A stretch of DNA of 58,715 nt from Chloroflexota bacterium (GTDB lineage Bacteria; Chloroflexota; Dehalococcoidia; UBA2979). Position numbers and translations under genes: made by a program. Location: NCBI GenBank assembly GCA_009839925.1, contig VXOS01000142.1:69110-127824 (forward strand). The letters run 5' to 3'. Shown here piece after piece: positions 8,658 to 18,268 of the stretch. The notes below the pieces were generated by a model. The model was not told where the DNA came from and ran no database searches. It worked only from the letters and a program-made list of their open reading frames with translations. Position 1 is the stretch's first letter; each line of letters opens with the position of its first letter.

Positions 8658-9889
8658 GCGCGGAGGGGACGCGGGTGCGGCCGCTCGAGGGGTTGCGCGT
8701 GATCGCGGTCGACCAGTACGGGGCCGGCCCGTTCGCGACGCTGCACCTCGCCGACCTCGGCGCGGACGTGATCAAGATCGAGGATCCGGCGGCCGGCGGC
8801 GACATGGGCCGCTACGTTCCGCCCTACGCCGAGGAGCAGGACAGCCTCTTCTTCCAGGCGCTCAACCGCGGCAAGCGCAGCCTCGCGCTCGACCTGCGCT
8901 CACCCGAGGGCGCCGCCGTCCTCGGCGACCTCGTCGAGGTCTCGGACGCGCTGTTCTGCAACCTGCGGGGCGACGGCCCGGCGCGGCTCGGGCTGACCTA
9001 CGAGCAGCTGCGGCATCGCAACCCGCGCATCGTCTGCTGCTGGCTGAGCGGCTACGGGGCAAGCGGGTCGCGCGCCAGCGAGCCGGCGTTCGACTACCTG
9101 ATCCAGGCGGAGCTCGGCTACATGGCGATCACCGGCGAGCCCGGCGGCCCGCCGACCCGCTCCGGCGTATCCGTCGTCGACTGGTCGGCGGGCTACGCGG
9201 CCGCCTTCGCGCTGCTGGCCGGCGTACAGCAGGCGCAGCGCAGCGGCCGAGGATCGGACATCGACCTCTCGCTTTATGAGATCGGGCTTGGGATGCTCAA
9301 CTACGTGGCCTCGTGGCATCTCACGCGCGGCTACCAGCCGGAGCGGCTGCCGGGCTCGGCGCATCCCAGCCTGGTGCCCTCGCAAGTCTTCGCGACTGCG
9401 GACGGGCACATCTTCGTGATGTGCAACAAGGAGTCCTTCTACGGCGCGCTCTGCGAGGCGATCGCACGCCCGGACCTCGCTGCGGACCCACGCTTCGCGA
9501 ATGCCGCGGCCCGCCTCGAGCATCGCGAGACGCTCGTCGCGCTCCTCGCCGAGGTGTTCGCGCAGCGACCGACGGCGGACTGGATGGAGGCGCTGCTCGG
9601 GATCGTACCGGTCGCCGTGCCTCGGGGAGTCCCGGAGGCGCTCGCCGACGAGTTCCTGCGCGAGCGCGGCGACATCGTCGAGGTCGAGCACGAGCGCTTC
9701 GGTCCCTTGCAGCAGATCGCGACCCCGTTCCGCTTCGTTGGCGACGAGCCGGACTACCGGGCCGCCTCGGCGCTGGGCGAGGACAGCGAGGACGTGCTGT
9801 CCTCCGTACTCGGCTACGACGCGGAGCGGATCGCCGCGCTGCGCGAGGCAGGCGCCGTCGCGGGTCCCGAACGGACGCCCGCCCGATGA
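8654..9889 (+). CDS. Family III CoA-transferase (CaiB/BaiF)
   Basis: LADLGADVIKIE, LNRGKRS, SGYG; GTGA overlap with upstream gene. Confidence 0.92.
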   Translation: MSAEGTRVRPLEGLRVIAVDQYGAGPFATLHLADLGADVIKIEDPAAGGDMGRYVPPYAEEQDSLFFQALNRGKRSLALDLRSPEGAAVLGDLVEVSDALFCNLRGDGPARLGLTYEQLRHRNPRIVCCWLSGYGASGSRASEPAFDYLIQAELGYMAITGEPGGPPTRSGVSVVDWSAGYAAAFALLAGVQQAQRSGRGSDIDLSLYEIGLGMLNYVASWHLTRGYQPERLPGSAHPSLVPSQVFATADGHIFVMCNKESFYGALCEAIARPDLAADPRFANAAARLEHRETLVALLAEVFAQRPTADWMEALLGIVPVAVPRGVPEALADEFLRERGDIVEVEHERFGPLQQIATPFRFVGDEPDYRAASALGEDSEDVLSSVLGYDAERIAALREAGAVAGPERTPAR

Positions 9890-11052
9890 GCGCGCTGCCC
9901 GCGAGCGACGAGGCGCGCGAGCTGCTGGTCGCGAACCTGCGGGACTGGGTGCGGCGCCGCGTGCTGCCCGTCGCGCGAGAGTACGAGCTGCGCGACGAGT
10001 ACCCGGCCGAGCTGGTGCAGGACATGCGCGATCTCGGCCTGTTCGGCGCGGTCATCGATCCCGCCAACGGCGGCGCGGGCCTGAGCTACGAGGCCTACGT
10101 GGCCGCCGTCGAGGAGGTCTCGCGCGGCTGGATGACGCTGGCCGGGGTCTTCAACTCGCACTTGATCCTCTCGCACATCGTCGAGCGCTTCGGCAGCGAC
10201 GAGCAGCGGGCGCGCTTCCTGCCCGGCCTCACCTCGGGCGAGGCGCAGGGCGCCCTCGCGCTGACCGAGCCGGGCGCGGGCAGCGACGTGCAGGCGATCG
10301 CCACGACGGCGCGACGCGACGGCGATGTCTACGTGCTGAACGGCCAGAAGCAGTTCATCACCAACGGCCGGCGCGCCCGCTACGTCGCCGTCCTCGCCAG
10401 GACGGATCCGGCCGCGCAACCGCCGCATCGCGGGATGGCGGTCCTCATCGTCGAACGCGGCACGCCGGGCTTCAGCGTCGGGCGCGACTTCGAGAAGCTC
10501 GGCTACCGGGGCATCGAGACATCCGAGCTGTTTTTCGACGACTGCGCCGTGCCCGCCGACAACCTCGTGGGCGGCGAGGGGCGCGGCTTCCAGCAGGTGA
10601 TGGCGGGACTGGAGCTGGGCCGCCTCAACGTCGCGGCGCGCGGGGTCGGCCTGGCGCGCGCGGCCTACGAGGACGCCCTCGCCTACGCGCAGGAGCGCCA
10701 CACCTTCGGCGTGCCGATCGCCGAGCACCAGGCGATCCAGATGAAGCTTGCCGACATGTCCGTCGCGATCGAGGCGGCCCGCTTGCTCACGCAGCGCGCG
10801 GCGCGCCTGAAGGACGCCGGGCAGCGCGTCGACCTCGAGGCCGGTCAGGCCAAGCTTTTCGCGACCGAGGCGGCGCAGCTGTGCGCCCTCGAGGGGCTGC
10901 GTATCCACGGCGGCGCCGGCTACATGCAGGATCTGCCGGTGGAGCGCTACCTCCGCGACGCGCCCCTGCTGATCGTCGGCGAGGGCACGAACGAGGTGCA
11001 GCGCCTGGTGATCGCGCGCCGCCTGCGCGAGCCGGCGCGAGGCGAAGGCTAG
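9886..11052 (+). CDS. Acyl-CoA dehydrogenase
   Basis: ALTEPGAGSD, LNGQKQFITNG, IHGGAGY, GEGTNEVQR. Confidence 0.93.
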   Translation: MSALPASDEARELLVANLRDWVRRRVLPVAREYELRDEYPAELVQDMRDLGLFGAVIDPANGGAGLSYEAYVAAVEEVSRGWMTLAGVFNSHLILSHIVERFGSDEQRARFLPGLTSGEAQGALALTEPGAGSDVQAIATTARRDGDVYVLNGQKQFITNGRRARYVAVLARTDPAAQPPHRGMAVLIVERGTPGFSVGRDFEKLGYRGIETSELFFDDCAVPADNLVGGEGRGFQQVMAGLELGRLNVAARGVGLARAAYEDALAYAQERHTFGVPIAEHQAIQMKLADMSVAIEAARLLTQRAARLKDAGQRVDLEAGQAKLFATEAAQLCALEGLRIHGGAGYMQDLPVERYLRDAPLLIVGEGTNEVQRLVIARRLREPARGEG

Positions 11053-11079
11053 CGTGATGGTGACGGACGGGAGCCGCGC

Positions 11080-12615
11080 GTGAGCCCGGCCAGCAACTAC
11101 GCACGGCTCAGCTACGGGCTGAAGCGCTACACCGACTCGCTGCGGCGCTACATCGACCGCCGGGTGCGCGAGGACTGGTGGGACGAGTACGTCCTCACGA
11201 GCCTCCCCGCCGAGCAGATCGCCGCCCTCGACCGGGAACGCAGGCTGCACGCCGACGACGTCGACGAGGCGCGCGAGGGTGTGTTGCCCAAGGCCGGAAC
11301 CGAGTTCCTCGATGCGCGCCACTTCGCGGCGATCTACCGGGAGCGCTTCCGCGCCAACGAGCGCACGACGGATCTGATGCGCCACGTGCAGGAGATCCAC
11401 GACCAGTGGTCCGATCCTCTCGAGGGCGACTACGCCACCGAGGACGTCGACCAGGCGCTCAGCGCCATGCACGAGGCGCTGGCGTACTACCAGCTGCCGG
11501 CCGCCGCGGAGCTGCTCGCGCTGCGTGAGGGCGGCGATCCCCCGCGCAGCGCCTACGTGGAGCTGAGCGAGGAGATCAAGAGCCACAGCGATGGGCTGCG
11601 CCGCGTCTTCCTCGACTGGGCCGAGCGCGAGTCGCCCGGCGATTGGTGGGAGCGACGCATCAGCGAGCAGCGACGGGCGTCGGTGGCACGACACCTCGAG
11701 GACGCGGCGCAGCTGACGGCCGAGGAGCTTGTGGACCTGCTCGGCCCCGCCGACTTCACGGCGATCGCGCTCGACAACTGCGATCTTAGCGGCCCGGAGC
11801 GCTCGCTGCTGCGCACGGTGCTCCGGGTGCGTCGCAGCTGGTCGCACCCGTCGAGCGGCGAGTACCCGGATGGCTACGTCGCCGAGGCCGCGGAGTGGCT
11901 CCGCGAGGCCCTCGATACAGTCGCGGACGCCGTCGACGAGTTGCTGGAGCCGATCCCGGCCGACGAGGAGGAGCCTGAAGAGTCGGAGGCGGCGGAGCCG
12001 GAAGCGGAAGCAGAGGAAGCCCGCCGCGTCACCATCGCCGACTACTTCACGTGCGGGATCGTCGTCGCGTTCCTCGGAGCGTTCGCCGTAGGCGTGATCC
12101 TCGTCGGGCTTGCGCTGCTTGGGACGCGGACCTGGCCAGTCGATCGCGCGCTCGACGCATCGAGCGCGGCCGCCAACGCGGTCGGCGAATTCGTGGACAG
12201 CGTGACCGGCACGACGCCACCGGACGCGACCGCCACCCCGATTCCGACGGCGACGGCCACGCCGACGGCGACGCCCTCGCCCAGGCCGTCGGCCACTGCT
12301 ACGCCGACGGCCACGTCCACGGCAACGCCCACACCGACGGCGACCCCGACGCCGATCGCGACGCCGACCGCGACGCCGCCACCCTCACTCGCGCTTGAAC
12401 GGGCGATCGGGAACACGGACGGTGACGGCGTCTCGCTCCGCGACGACTGCGCCGACGACGCCCGCTTCTCCGCCCCCGGCGAGGGCTGGCCGGAGGGCCA
12501 GGCCATCGAGGTGATCGAGGTGGGCAGCGATCGCTGCGAGGGCTGGCTGCTGGCGCAGGCGGACGGCGTCGCCTCGTGGGTTCGTGAGGAGTATGTCGTC
12601 GATCGCGAGCAGTAG
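11080..12615 (+). CDS. Tandem Swt1-like HEPN domains + transmembrane helix + Pro/Thr linker + SH3-like domain
   Basis: Two internal repeats (..L.RY/VF...DWW...LD/LG..F.AI...), the second carrying RRSWSH. Hydrophobic span GIVVAFLGAFAVGVILVGLALLG, then TPT repeats, then GNTDGDGVSLR...GW...WVREEYV. Confidence 0.6.
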   Translation: MSPASNYARLSYGLKRYTDSLRRYIDRRVREDWWDEYVLTSLPAEQIAALDRERRLHADDVDEAREGVLPKAGTEFLDARHFAAIYRERFRANERTTDLMRHVQEIHDQWSDPLEGDYATEDVDQALSAMHEALAYYQLPAAAELLALREGGDPPRSAYVELSEEIKSHSDGLRRVFLDWAERESPGDWWERRISEQRRASVARHLEDAAQLTAEELVDLLGPADFTAIALDNCDLSGPERSLLRTVLRVRRSWSHPSSGEYPDGYVAEAAEWLREALDTVADAVDELLEPIPADEEEPEESEAAEPEAEAEEARRVTIADYFTCGIVVAFLGAFAVGVILVGLALLGTRTWPVDRALDASSAAANAVGEFVDSVTGTTPPDATATPIPTATATPTATPSPRPSATATPTATSTATPTPTATPTPIATPTATPPPSLALERAIGNTDGDGVSLRDDCADDARFSAPGEGWPEGQAIEVIEVGSDRCEGWLLAQADGVASWVREEYVVDREQ

Positions 12616-12624
12616 CGCGGGCCG

Positions 12625-13419
12625 CTACTGGCGCGGCGGTGGTCGCAGGGCGTAGCTCTCCGGCTCGCGCAGCCATTCCCGGTCCGCGAAGTGGGAGCGC
12701 AGCGCCAGCGCGACCTCGGCGAGCACGGCCTCACTCGTGGCCGGGGAGCGGGTGTCCAGCCAGGGCGCGATCCGGCGTCCCAGCCCGGTCTGGCGCGCGG
12801 CGGCGTCCAGCCAGTCCGTCGTCGGGTGCGCGCCCTCCTCCAGGATGCAGGCCAGCCGTGTGAGCGCGCTTGCCGCCTCGCCGCCGGCGATCGCCTCGCT
12901 CGCCTCGATCGAGGCCGCGTGCGCGCGCTCCAGCGCCTCCAGTGCGCGTACCGCCTGCAGGTAGAGCGGCCGCACCAGGCGCTCCAGCGCGCCGCCGGGG
13001 AGGCGCCGCGCGGCGGCCGCGAGGCGCTCCGCGCGCCCGCTGGGATCGTGCAGCGCGGCGGCGTGACAGAACTCCCAGCGGACCTCCAGCGAGCGGCGCG
13101 AGACGCCATCGAGCAGCGCCTCGACCCCGTCCGTGGTGGCCACGGTGGTCTCGATCGCCTCGTCGCCCACGCGTCGCAGCCGATGGCGCAGCAGCGGCTC
13201 TCGCCAGTCCGCGTCCAGGTCGCGCACGTCGGCGGCGTCGACGACCAGCCAGAGCCGGTGCGGTCCCCCCGGAGCGCCTTCCGGCGGCTCCACGGCGAGC
13301 AGGGTCAGCACATAGGGGCGATCGTTCCAGGGCGGCGCCTCAAGCAGCCCACGGGCCCGCGCGGCCAGCGGCACGACGGCTTCTCCTCCGTCGCGCGGTT
13401 CGCCGTCGTGCGCGCTCAC
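12625..13419 (-). CDS. Hypothetical protein, possibly degenerate nucleotidyltransferase-like
   Basis: Host-like codon usage; overlaps the flavodoxin stop; W...LHDPSG segment followed by a helical C-terminus. Confidence 0.55.
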   Translation of the reverse strand: MSAHDGEPRDGGEAVVPLAARARGLLEAPPWNDRPYVLTLLAVEPPEGAPGGPHRLWLVVDAADVRDLDADWREPLLRHRLRRVGDEAIETTVATTDGVEALLDGVSRRSLEVRWEFCHAAALHDPSGRAERLAAAARRLPGGALERLVRPLYLQAVRALEALERAHAASIEASEAIAGGEAASALTRLACILEEGAHPTTDWLDAAARQTGLGRRIAPWLDTRSPATSEAVLAEVALALRSHFADREWLREPESYALRPPPRQ

Positions 13420-13925
13420 GAGGCGCCCTCGAGGCGAACGGCCAGGCGGGCGACGCGCCGGCCGAGGGCGCGCGCCTGCTCGCGGTCGTCGTCCGTGACC
13501 GCGCCGGCTGCCGTCGCGCCGTAGTAGGAACCGGATCGCCGCATCCGCTCACTCCAGGGCAGGCCGACGAAGATCATGCCGTGCCCGACCAGCAGGTGCA
13601 TGAGCTGCTGCAAGGTCGCCTCCAGCCCGCCGTGCGGCGACCAGCCGGCGGCGAACGCGCCGCCGGGCTTGCCCGCCAGCTCGCCGGACTCCCAGAGATC
13701 GCCCGACTGGTCGAGCCAGACCTTCAACTCTCCCGTCATCCCGGTCCAGTTCGGAGATCCGAGGATCAGCGCGTCGCAGCGCAACAGCTCGGCCGGGTCG
13801 GCTTCGCCGATGCGCAGGGTTCGCAGCGCCGCGCCCTCGATGCTGCGCACGCCCTCGCCGACGGCGTCGGCGAGCTGCTGCACGAGGCCGGCGCGGCTGT
13901 CGTAGACCAGCAGGATTCGGGTCAT
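13416..13925 (-). CDS. Flavodoxin/WrbA-like NAD(P)H-dependent oxidoreductase
   Basis: ILLVYDSRAG, LILGSPNWTG, GKPGGAF, GGLEATL, YGAT. Confidence 0.85.
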   Translation of the reverse strand: MTRILLVYDSRAGLVQQLADAVGEGVRSIEGAALRTLRIGEADPAELLRCDALILGSPNWTGMTGELKVWLDQSGDLWESGELAGKPGGAFAAGWSPHGGLEATLQQLMHLLVGHGMIFVGLPWSERMRRSGSYYGATAAGAVTDDDREQARALGRRVARLAVRLEGAS

Positions 13926-13947
13926 CGCCAGCGCCCGGCCGCCGCGC

Positions 13948-14220
13948 TCAATCCTCGGTCGATTGCTCGGTGACGACGCGGCGGATGCGGGTGACGCGCT
14001 CATCGACGAGCGCGTCGGGGCCCTCCTCGCCGTCCGGATCGAGGGCGTCGCGAAGCCAGGTGATCAGCACGGCGGCGCCGCCGTAGGCGATGAACCACTC
14101 GCAGCCCTGGAGCAGCGCGAGCGCGCCTGCGTGGCCGTTGCGGCGATGGCGGAACGAGCCCCAGGCCACGCCCGCGACGAACGCGGCGGCGGCAAGGCCG
14201 AACTGCTGCTTCTCGTTCAT
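13948..14220 (-). CDS. Small membrane protein, hypothetical
   Basis: MNEKQQFGLAAAAFVAGVAWG...; two hydrophobic segments; GGGGGA upstream of ATG. Confidence 0.55.
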   Translation of the reverse strand: MNEKQQFGLAAAAFVAGVAWGSFRHRRNGHAGALALLQGCEWFIAYGGAAVLITWLRDALDPDGEEGPDALVDERVTRIRRVVTEQSTED

Positions 14221-14395
14221 CCGTCCCCCGGCATCGTCTGTTCGGGAATCATCGTACGGCGCGTGCCGAGGCCGGTACAGCGCGCACCCGAGCCTCGCGG
14301 CGGGCGGGCCGAGCCGTACTGCGCAGTTCCGCGATCCTGCGGTATGCTGCGCGGCGGCGTGCGCTCGCTCGCCAACGGCAGGGAGGGATACGCAT

Positions 14396-15289
14396 TTGCA
14401 GGCGTTGAAGGTGGTCCGGCCTACCACCATCGCGGAGGCCATCGAACAACTGAACGAAGGAGGCGACGGGGCCCGTCCGCTCGCGGGTGGGACCGACGTG
14501 ATCGTGATCGCCCGGGCGCGAGTCCGGGACATCGACGTACTCGTGGACGTGAAGCAGATTCCGGAGCTGACCGCCATCGAGTGGGATCCCGACTCCGGGC
14601 TCACGATCGGGGCGGCGACGCCGTGCTACGAGCTTTACGGCAACGCGGACGTCGTCCAGAACTACCCGGCGATCATTGACTCCGCGACGCTGATCGGCGG
14701 CACGGGGATCCAGGGGCGCGCCAGCTTCGGCGGGAACCTCTGCAACTCCTCGCCGTCCGGTGACACGATCCCGACGCAGATCGTGCTCGAGGGCGTCGCG
14801 AACATCGCTGGCCCGAATGGCGAGCGCTCCGTGCCGGTCGAGGACTTCTGCACGGGTCCGGGCCGCAACGTGCTCGGGCAGGGCGAGTTCGTGGTCTCGA
14901 TCTCGTTCCCCGCGCCCGACGCCAGCGGGGGCGCGCGTTTCCTGCGCTTCATCCCCCGCAACGAGATGGACATCGCGGTCTGCAACGCCGCCTCGGCGGT
15001 GAAGCTGGACGGCGACACCGTGCGCTGGGCGCGCGTCTCGATCGGAGCGGTGGCGCCGACGCCGCTGCTCGTGCAGGGCGCGGCCGACGCGCTCGTCGGG
15101 AAGCCGCTCACGGACGAGACGATCGAGGCCGCTGCGGAAGCCTCCAAGGACGCCGCGACGCCGATCGACGATATGCGGGGTTCGATCAAGCAGCGCAAGC
15201 ACCTCTCCGCGGTGCTGACCAGGCGCACGCTGCAGCAGGCGGCGAGGCGGGCGCGCGGCGAAGATATCCCGTCGGTGGGAGGACACTAA
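14396..15289 (+). CDS. Xanthine dehydrogenase family FAD-binding subunit (CoxM-like)
   Basis: LAGGTD, IGAAT, ASFGGNLCNSSPSGD, IDDMRGS; GGAGG RBS before TTG. Confidence 0.9.
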   Translation: MQALKVVRPTTIAEAIEQLNEGGDGARPLAGGTDVIVIARARVRDIDVLVDVKQIPELTAIEWDPDSGLTIGAATPCYELYGNADVVQNYPAIIDSATLIGGTGIQGRASFGGNLCNSSPSGDTIPTQIVLEGVANIAGPNGERSVPVEDFCTGPGRNVLGQGEFVVSISFPAPDASGGARFLRFIPRNEMDIAVCNAASAVKLDGDTVRWARVSIGAVAPTPLLVQGAADALVGKPLTDETIEAAAEASKDAATPIDDMRGSIKQRKHLSAVLTRRTLQQAARRARGEDIPSVGGH

Positions 15290-15290
15290 C

Positions 15291-15758
15291 GTGACGGATC
15301 GCATGATCGTTTCGGCCACCATCAACGGCGAGCCGCTTGAGTTCCTCGCCGACCAGCGCGACAGCCTCCTCGAGGCGCTGCGCGAGCGCATCGGCCTGAC
15401 GGGCACGAAGGAGGGCTGCAACGACGGCAACTGCGGCGCCTGCTCCGTGCTCATGGACGGCCGCCTCGTCAACTCCTGCCTCGTCATGGCAGCCGAAGTC
15501 GAGGGCGCCGACGTCACCACCGTCGAGGGCCTGGCGACCGAAGACGGACTGATCCCCTTGCAGCAGGCCTTCCTGGAGGAGGCGGCGCTGCAGTGCGGCA
15601 TCTGCACCCCCGGCTTCCTTGTCGCCTCGAAGGCGCTGCTCGACGCCAACCCGAACCCGACCGAGTACGAGGCCCGCTACTGGCTGGCCGGCAACCTCTG
15701 CCGCTGCACGGGTTACGACAAGATCATCCGCGCGGTCCTGAAGGCCGCCGAGGCATAG
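15291..15758 (+). CDS. Xanthine dehydrogenase family [2Fe-2S] subunit (CoxS-like)
   Basis: GTKEGCNDGNCGAC, NSCL, QCGICTPG, GNLCRCTGY. Confidence 0.95.
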   Translation: MTDRMIVSATINGEPLEFLADQRDSLLEALRERIGLTGTKEGCNDGNCGACSVLMDGRLVNSCLVMAAEVEGADVTTVEGLATEDGLIPLQQAFLEEAALQCGICTPGFLVASKALLDANPNPTEYEARYWLAGNLCRCTGYDKIIRAVLKAAEA

Positions 15759-15803
15759 CGCCTCCGAGGAGAGCCATTCCGAGACCAGGCAGGAGGACCA
15801 CTC

Positions 15804-18107
15804 ATGGTCGCCACTGAGAAGCCCGGCAACTACCAGGTTGTCGGCACCCGCCCGATCCGCCACGACGGGACGGACAAGGTCACCGGGCGCGCGGGCTACG
15901 GCGCCGACTACCAGGCCGCAGGGATGTTGTTCGGCCGCGTGCTGCGCAGCCCCCACGCCCACGCGCGCATCAAGAGCATCGACACCTCGAAGGCGGAAGC
16001 CCTCGAGGGCGTGCGCGGCGTCATCACCAACGCCGACTTCCCCCAGCCGGACGACTCGCAGGTCGAGATCGGCGAGGGCGCGACGACCAGCGCCCGCTGG
16101 ATGCTCGACAACGTGCTCGCCGGCGAGAAGGTGCTCTACACCGGACACGCCGTCGCCGCCGTCGCCGCCACCGACCCGCACATCGCCGAGGACGCGCTCG
16201 ACCTGATCGAGGTCGAGTACGAGGTCCTCGAGCCGGTGATGGACGTGCGCGAGGCGATGGACGAGAACGCGCCGGTGCTGCACGACTTCCTGCGCACCGA
16301 GCAGATCGCCAGCGCCTTCGGGCCCGGCGACATGGTCGGCCAGAAGCCGACCAACGTCGCCAAGTACCTCGAGTTCAAGGCGGGCGACGCCGACGCCGGC
16401 TTCGAGGAGGCCGACGTGGTCGTCGAGCGCGAGTTCACGACCACGATGGCGCACCAGGGCTACATCGAGCCGCACAACGGCAGCGCCTTCTACAACAGGG
16501 ACGGGCACATCACGATCTGGAGCTCGACGCAGGGCGCCTTCGGCGTGCGTGACATGACGGCCGGCCTGCTCCAGGTTCCGGTTTCGCAGGTGACGTGCGA
16601 GCCGGTGGAGATCGGCGGCGGCTTCGGCGGCAAGATCGGCATCTACCTGGAGCCGCTGGCGGCCCTGCTCTCCAAGCAGACCGGCAAGCCCGTGAAGTTC
16701 ACGATGACCCGCCAGGCGGTGCTGGAAGCGACCGGCCCGACCTCCGGGACGTACATGCGTGTGAAGGTCGGCGCGAAGAACGACGGCACGCTCACCGCCG
16801 CCCACGTCTACCTCGTGTTCGAGGCCGGAGCCTACCCGGGCTCGCCGATGGGGGCGGGCGCGATGTGCGCGCTGGCGCCGTACCAGGTGCCCAACGCCCA
16901 CGTCGAGGGCTACGACGTCGTGCTCAACAAGCCGAAGGTCGCGGCCTACCGCGCGCCTGGGGCACCGGCCTCGGAGTACGCCGTCGAGAGCGTGATGGAC
17001 GAGGTCGCGCAGCAGCTTGAGCTGGATCCGATGGACTTCCGCCTCAAGAACGCCGCGGTCGAGGGCTCGCGCCGCCCCGATGGCGCGGTCTACGGCGTGA
17101 TCGGCAACGAGGAGGTGATGGAGGTCGTCAAGAGCAGCGACCACTACCGCTCCGAGCTGCAAGGCGAGAACCGAGGCCGTGGCGTGGCCATGGGCTTCTG
17201 GTTCAACGTCGGCATGGAGTCCAGCGCCTACGCCAGCGTGCAGGCCGACGGCACGGTCAGCCTCTCGCTCGGCTCGGCGGACATCGGCGGCACGCGCGCC
17301 TCGATCGCGATGCAGCTCGCCGAGACGCTCGGTATCTCCGCCGAGGACGTGAAGCCGCAGGTGGTGGACACCGACTCGGTCGGTTACACGATGGTCACCG
17401 GCGGCAGCCGCACGACCTTCGCCGGCGGCTGGGCCGCCTACGAGTCGGCGATGGACATCCGCCGCCAGATGGAGGAGCGAGCCGCCGCGATCTGGGACGT
17501 CGACCGCGACCAGGTCAGCTACAGCGACGGCGGTGTCAATGGCCCCGCCGACGATGACGGCAATGCGCGCTCGATGACGTTCAAGGAGCTGGCGGGCCAG
17601 CTCGCCGGGAGCGGCGGGATGATCCAGGGTCGCGCCGATGTGAACAGCATGGAGGCCGGGCCGGCCTTCGCCGGGCACATCGTCGATGTCGAGGTGGACC
17701 CGGAGACCGGCAAGGTCGACATCCTGCGCTACACGGCGGTCCAGGACGCCGGCACGGCGATCCATCCCTCGTACGTCGAGGGTCAGATCCAGGGCGGTGT
17801 CGCCCAGGGCGTCGGCATGGCGCTGACCGAAGAGTACTTCTACGCCCCCGATGGACGGCTGCTGAACTCGAGCCTGCTCGACTACCGCATGCCGACGGCG
17901 CTGGACCTGCCGATGATCGAGACGCACATCGTCGAGGTGCCCAACCCCGGGCACCCCTACGGCGTGCGCGGCGTCGGCGAGGTGCCGATCGTCCCGCCCG
18001 CGCCGGCCATTGCGAACGCCATCGCGGACGCGATCGGTCTGCGCATGCGCGACCTGCCGATGTCCCCGCGGGCGATGCTCGAGGAGCTGCTCCCCGACGA
18101 GGGCTAG
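15804..18107 (+). CDS. Xanthine dehydrogenase family molybdopterin-binding subunit, paralog 1
   Basis: KVTGRA, LRSPHAHA, GGGFGGK, AYRAPG, EGQIQGG, GVGEVP. Confidence 0.93.
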   Translation: MVATEKPGNYQVVGTRPIRHDGTDKVTGRAGYGADYQAAGMLFGRVLRSPHAHARIKSIDTSKAEALEGVRGVITNADFPQPDDSQVEIGEGATTSARWMLDNVLAGEKVLYTGHAVAAVAATDPHIAEDALDLIEVEYEVLEPVMDVREAMDENAPVLHDFLRTEQIASAFGPGDMVGQKPTNVAKYLEFKAGDADAGFEEADVVVEREFTTTMAHQGYIEPHNGSAFYNRDGHITIWSSTQGAFGVRDMTAGLLQVPVSQVTCEPVEIGGGFGGKIGIYLEPLAALLSKQTGKPVKFTMTRQAVLEATGPTSGTYMRVKVGAKNDGTLTAAHVYLVFEAGAYPGSPMGAGAMCALAPYQVPNAHVEGYDVVLNKPKVAAYRAPGAPASEYAVESVMDEVAQQLELDPMDFRLKNAAVEGSRRPDGAVYGVIGNEEVMEVVKSSDHYRSELQGENRGRGVAMGFWFNVGMESSAYASVQADGTVSLSLGSADIGGTRASIAMQLAETLGISAEDVKPQVVDTDSVGYTMVTGGSRTTFAGGWAAYESAMDIRRQMEERAAAIWDVDRDQVSYSDGGVNGPADDDGNARSMTFKELAGQLAGSGGMIQGRADVNSMEAGPAFAGHIVDVEVDPETGKVDILRYTAVQDAGTAIHPSYVEGQIQGGVAQGVGMALTEEYFYAPDGRLLNSSLLDYRMPTALDLPMIETHIVEVPNPGHPYGVRGVGEVPIVPPAPAIANAIADAIGLRMRDLPMSPRAMLEELLPDEG

Positions 18108-18227
18108 ACCGCCGCCCGTGAGGGCGACGGAGGCAAGCGACTACCGGCGGCGCCCGCAGGGGCGCCGCCGCTGCGTTCGGCGCGCGGCAACATCCTCGAT
18201 CGCCGCGGCAGGGCTCGCGGTCGCGTA

Positions 18228-18233
18228 TACAAT
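18228..18233 (+). promoter_or_regulatory. Putative -10 element for the second large-subunit gene
   Basis: TACAAT about 35 nt upstream of the ATG, which has a GAGGAGG RBS. Confidence 0.45.
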
Positions 18234-18268
18234 CCCGGTACGAGGCCACGGTGTGCGAGGAGGATGCG

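Noticed and set aside
12220-12390. Tandem DNA repeats as a CRISPR or VNTR (also ~28290-28430 and ~52350-52470)
   Set aside because: These are degenerate codon repeats encoding Pro/Thr/Ala linkers, with no repeat-spacer structure; no cas genes are in the window
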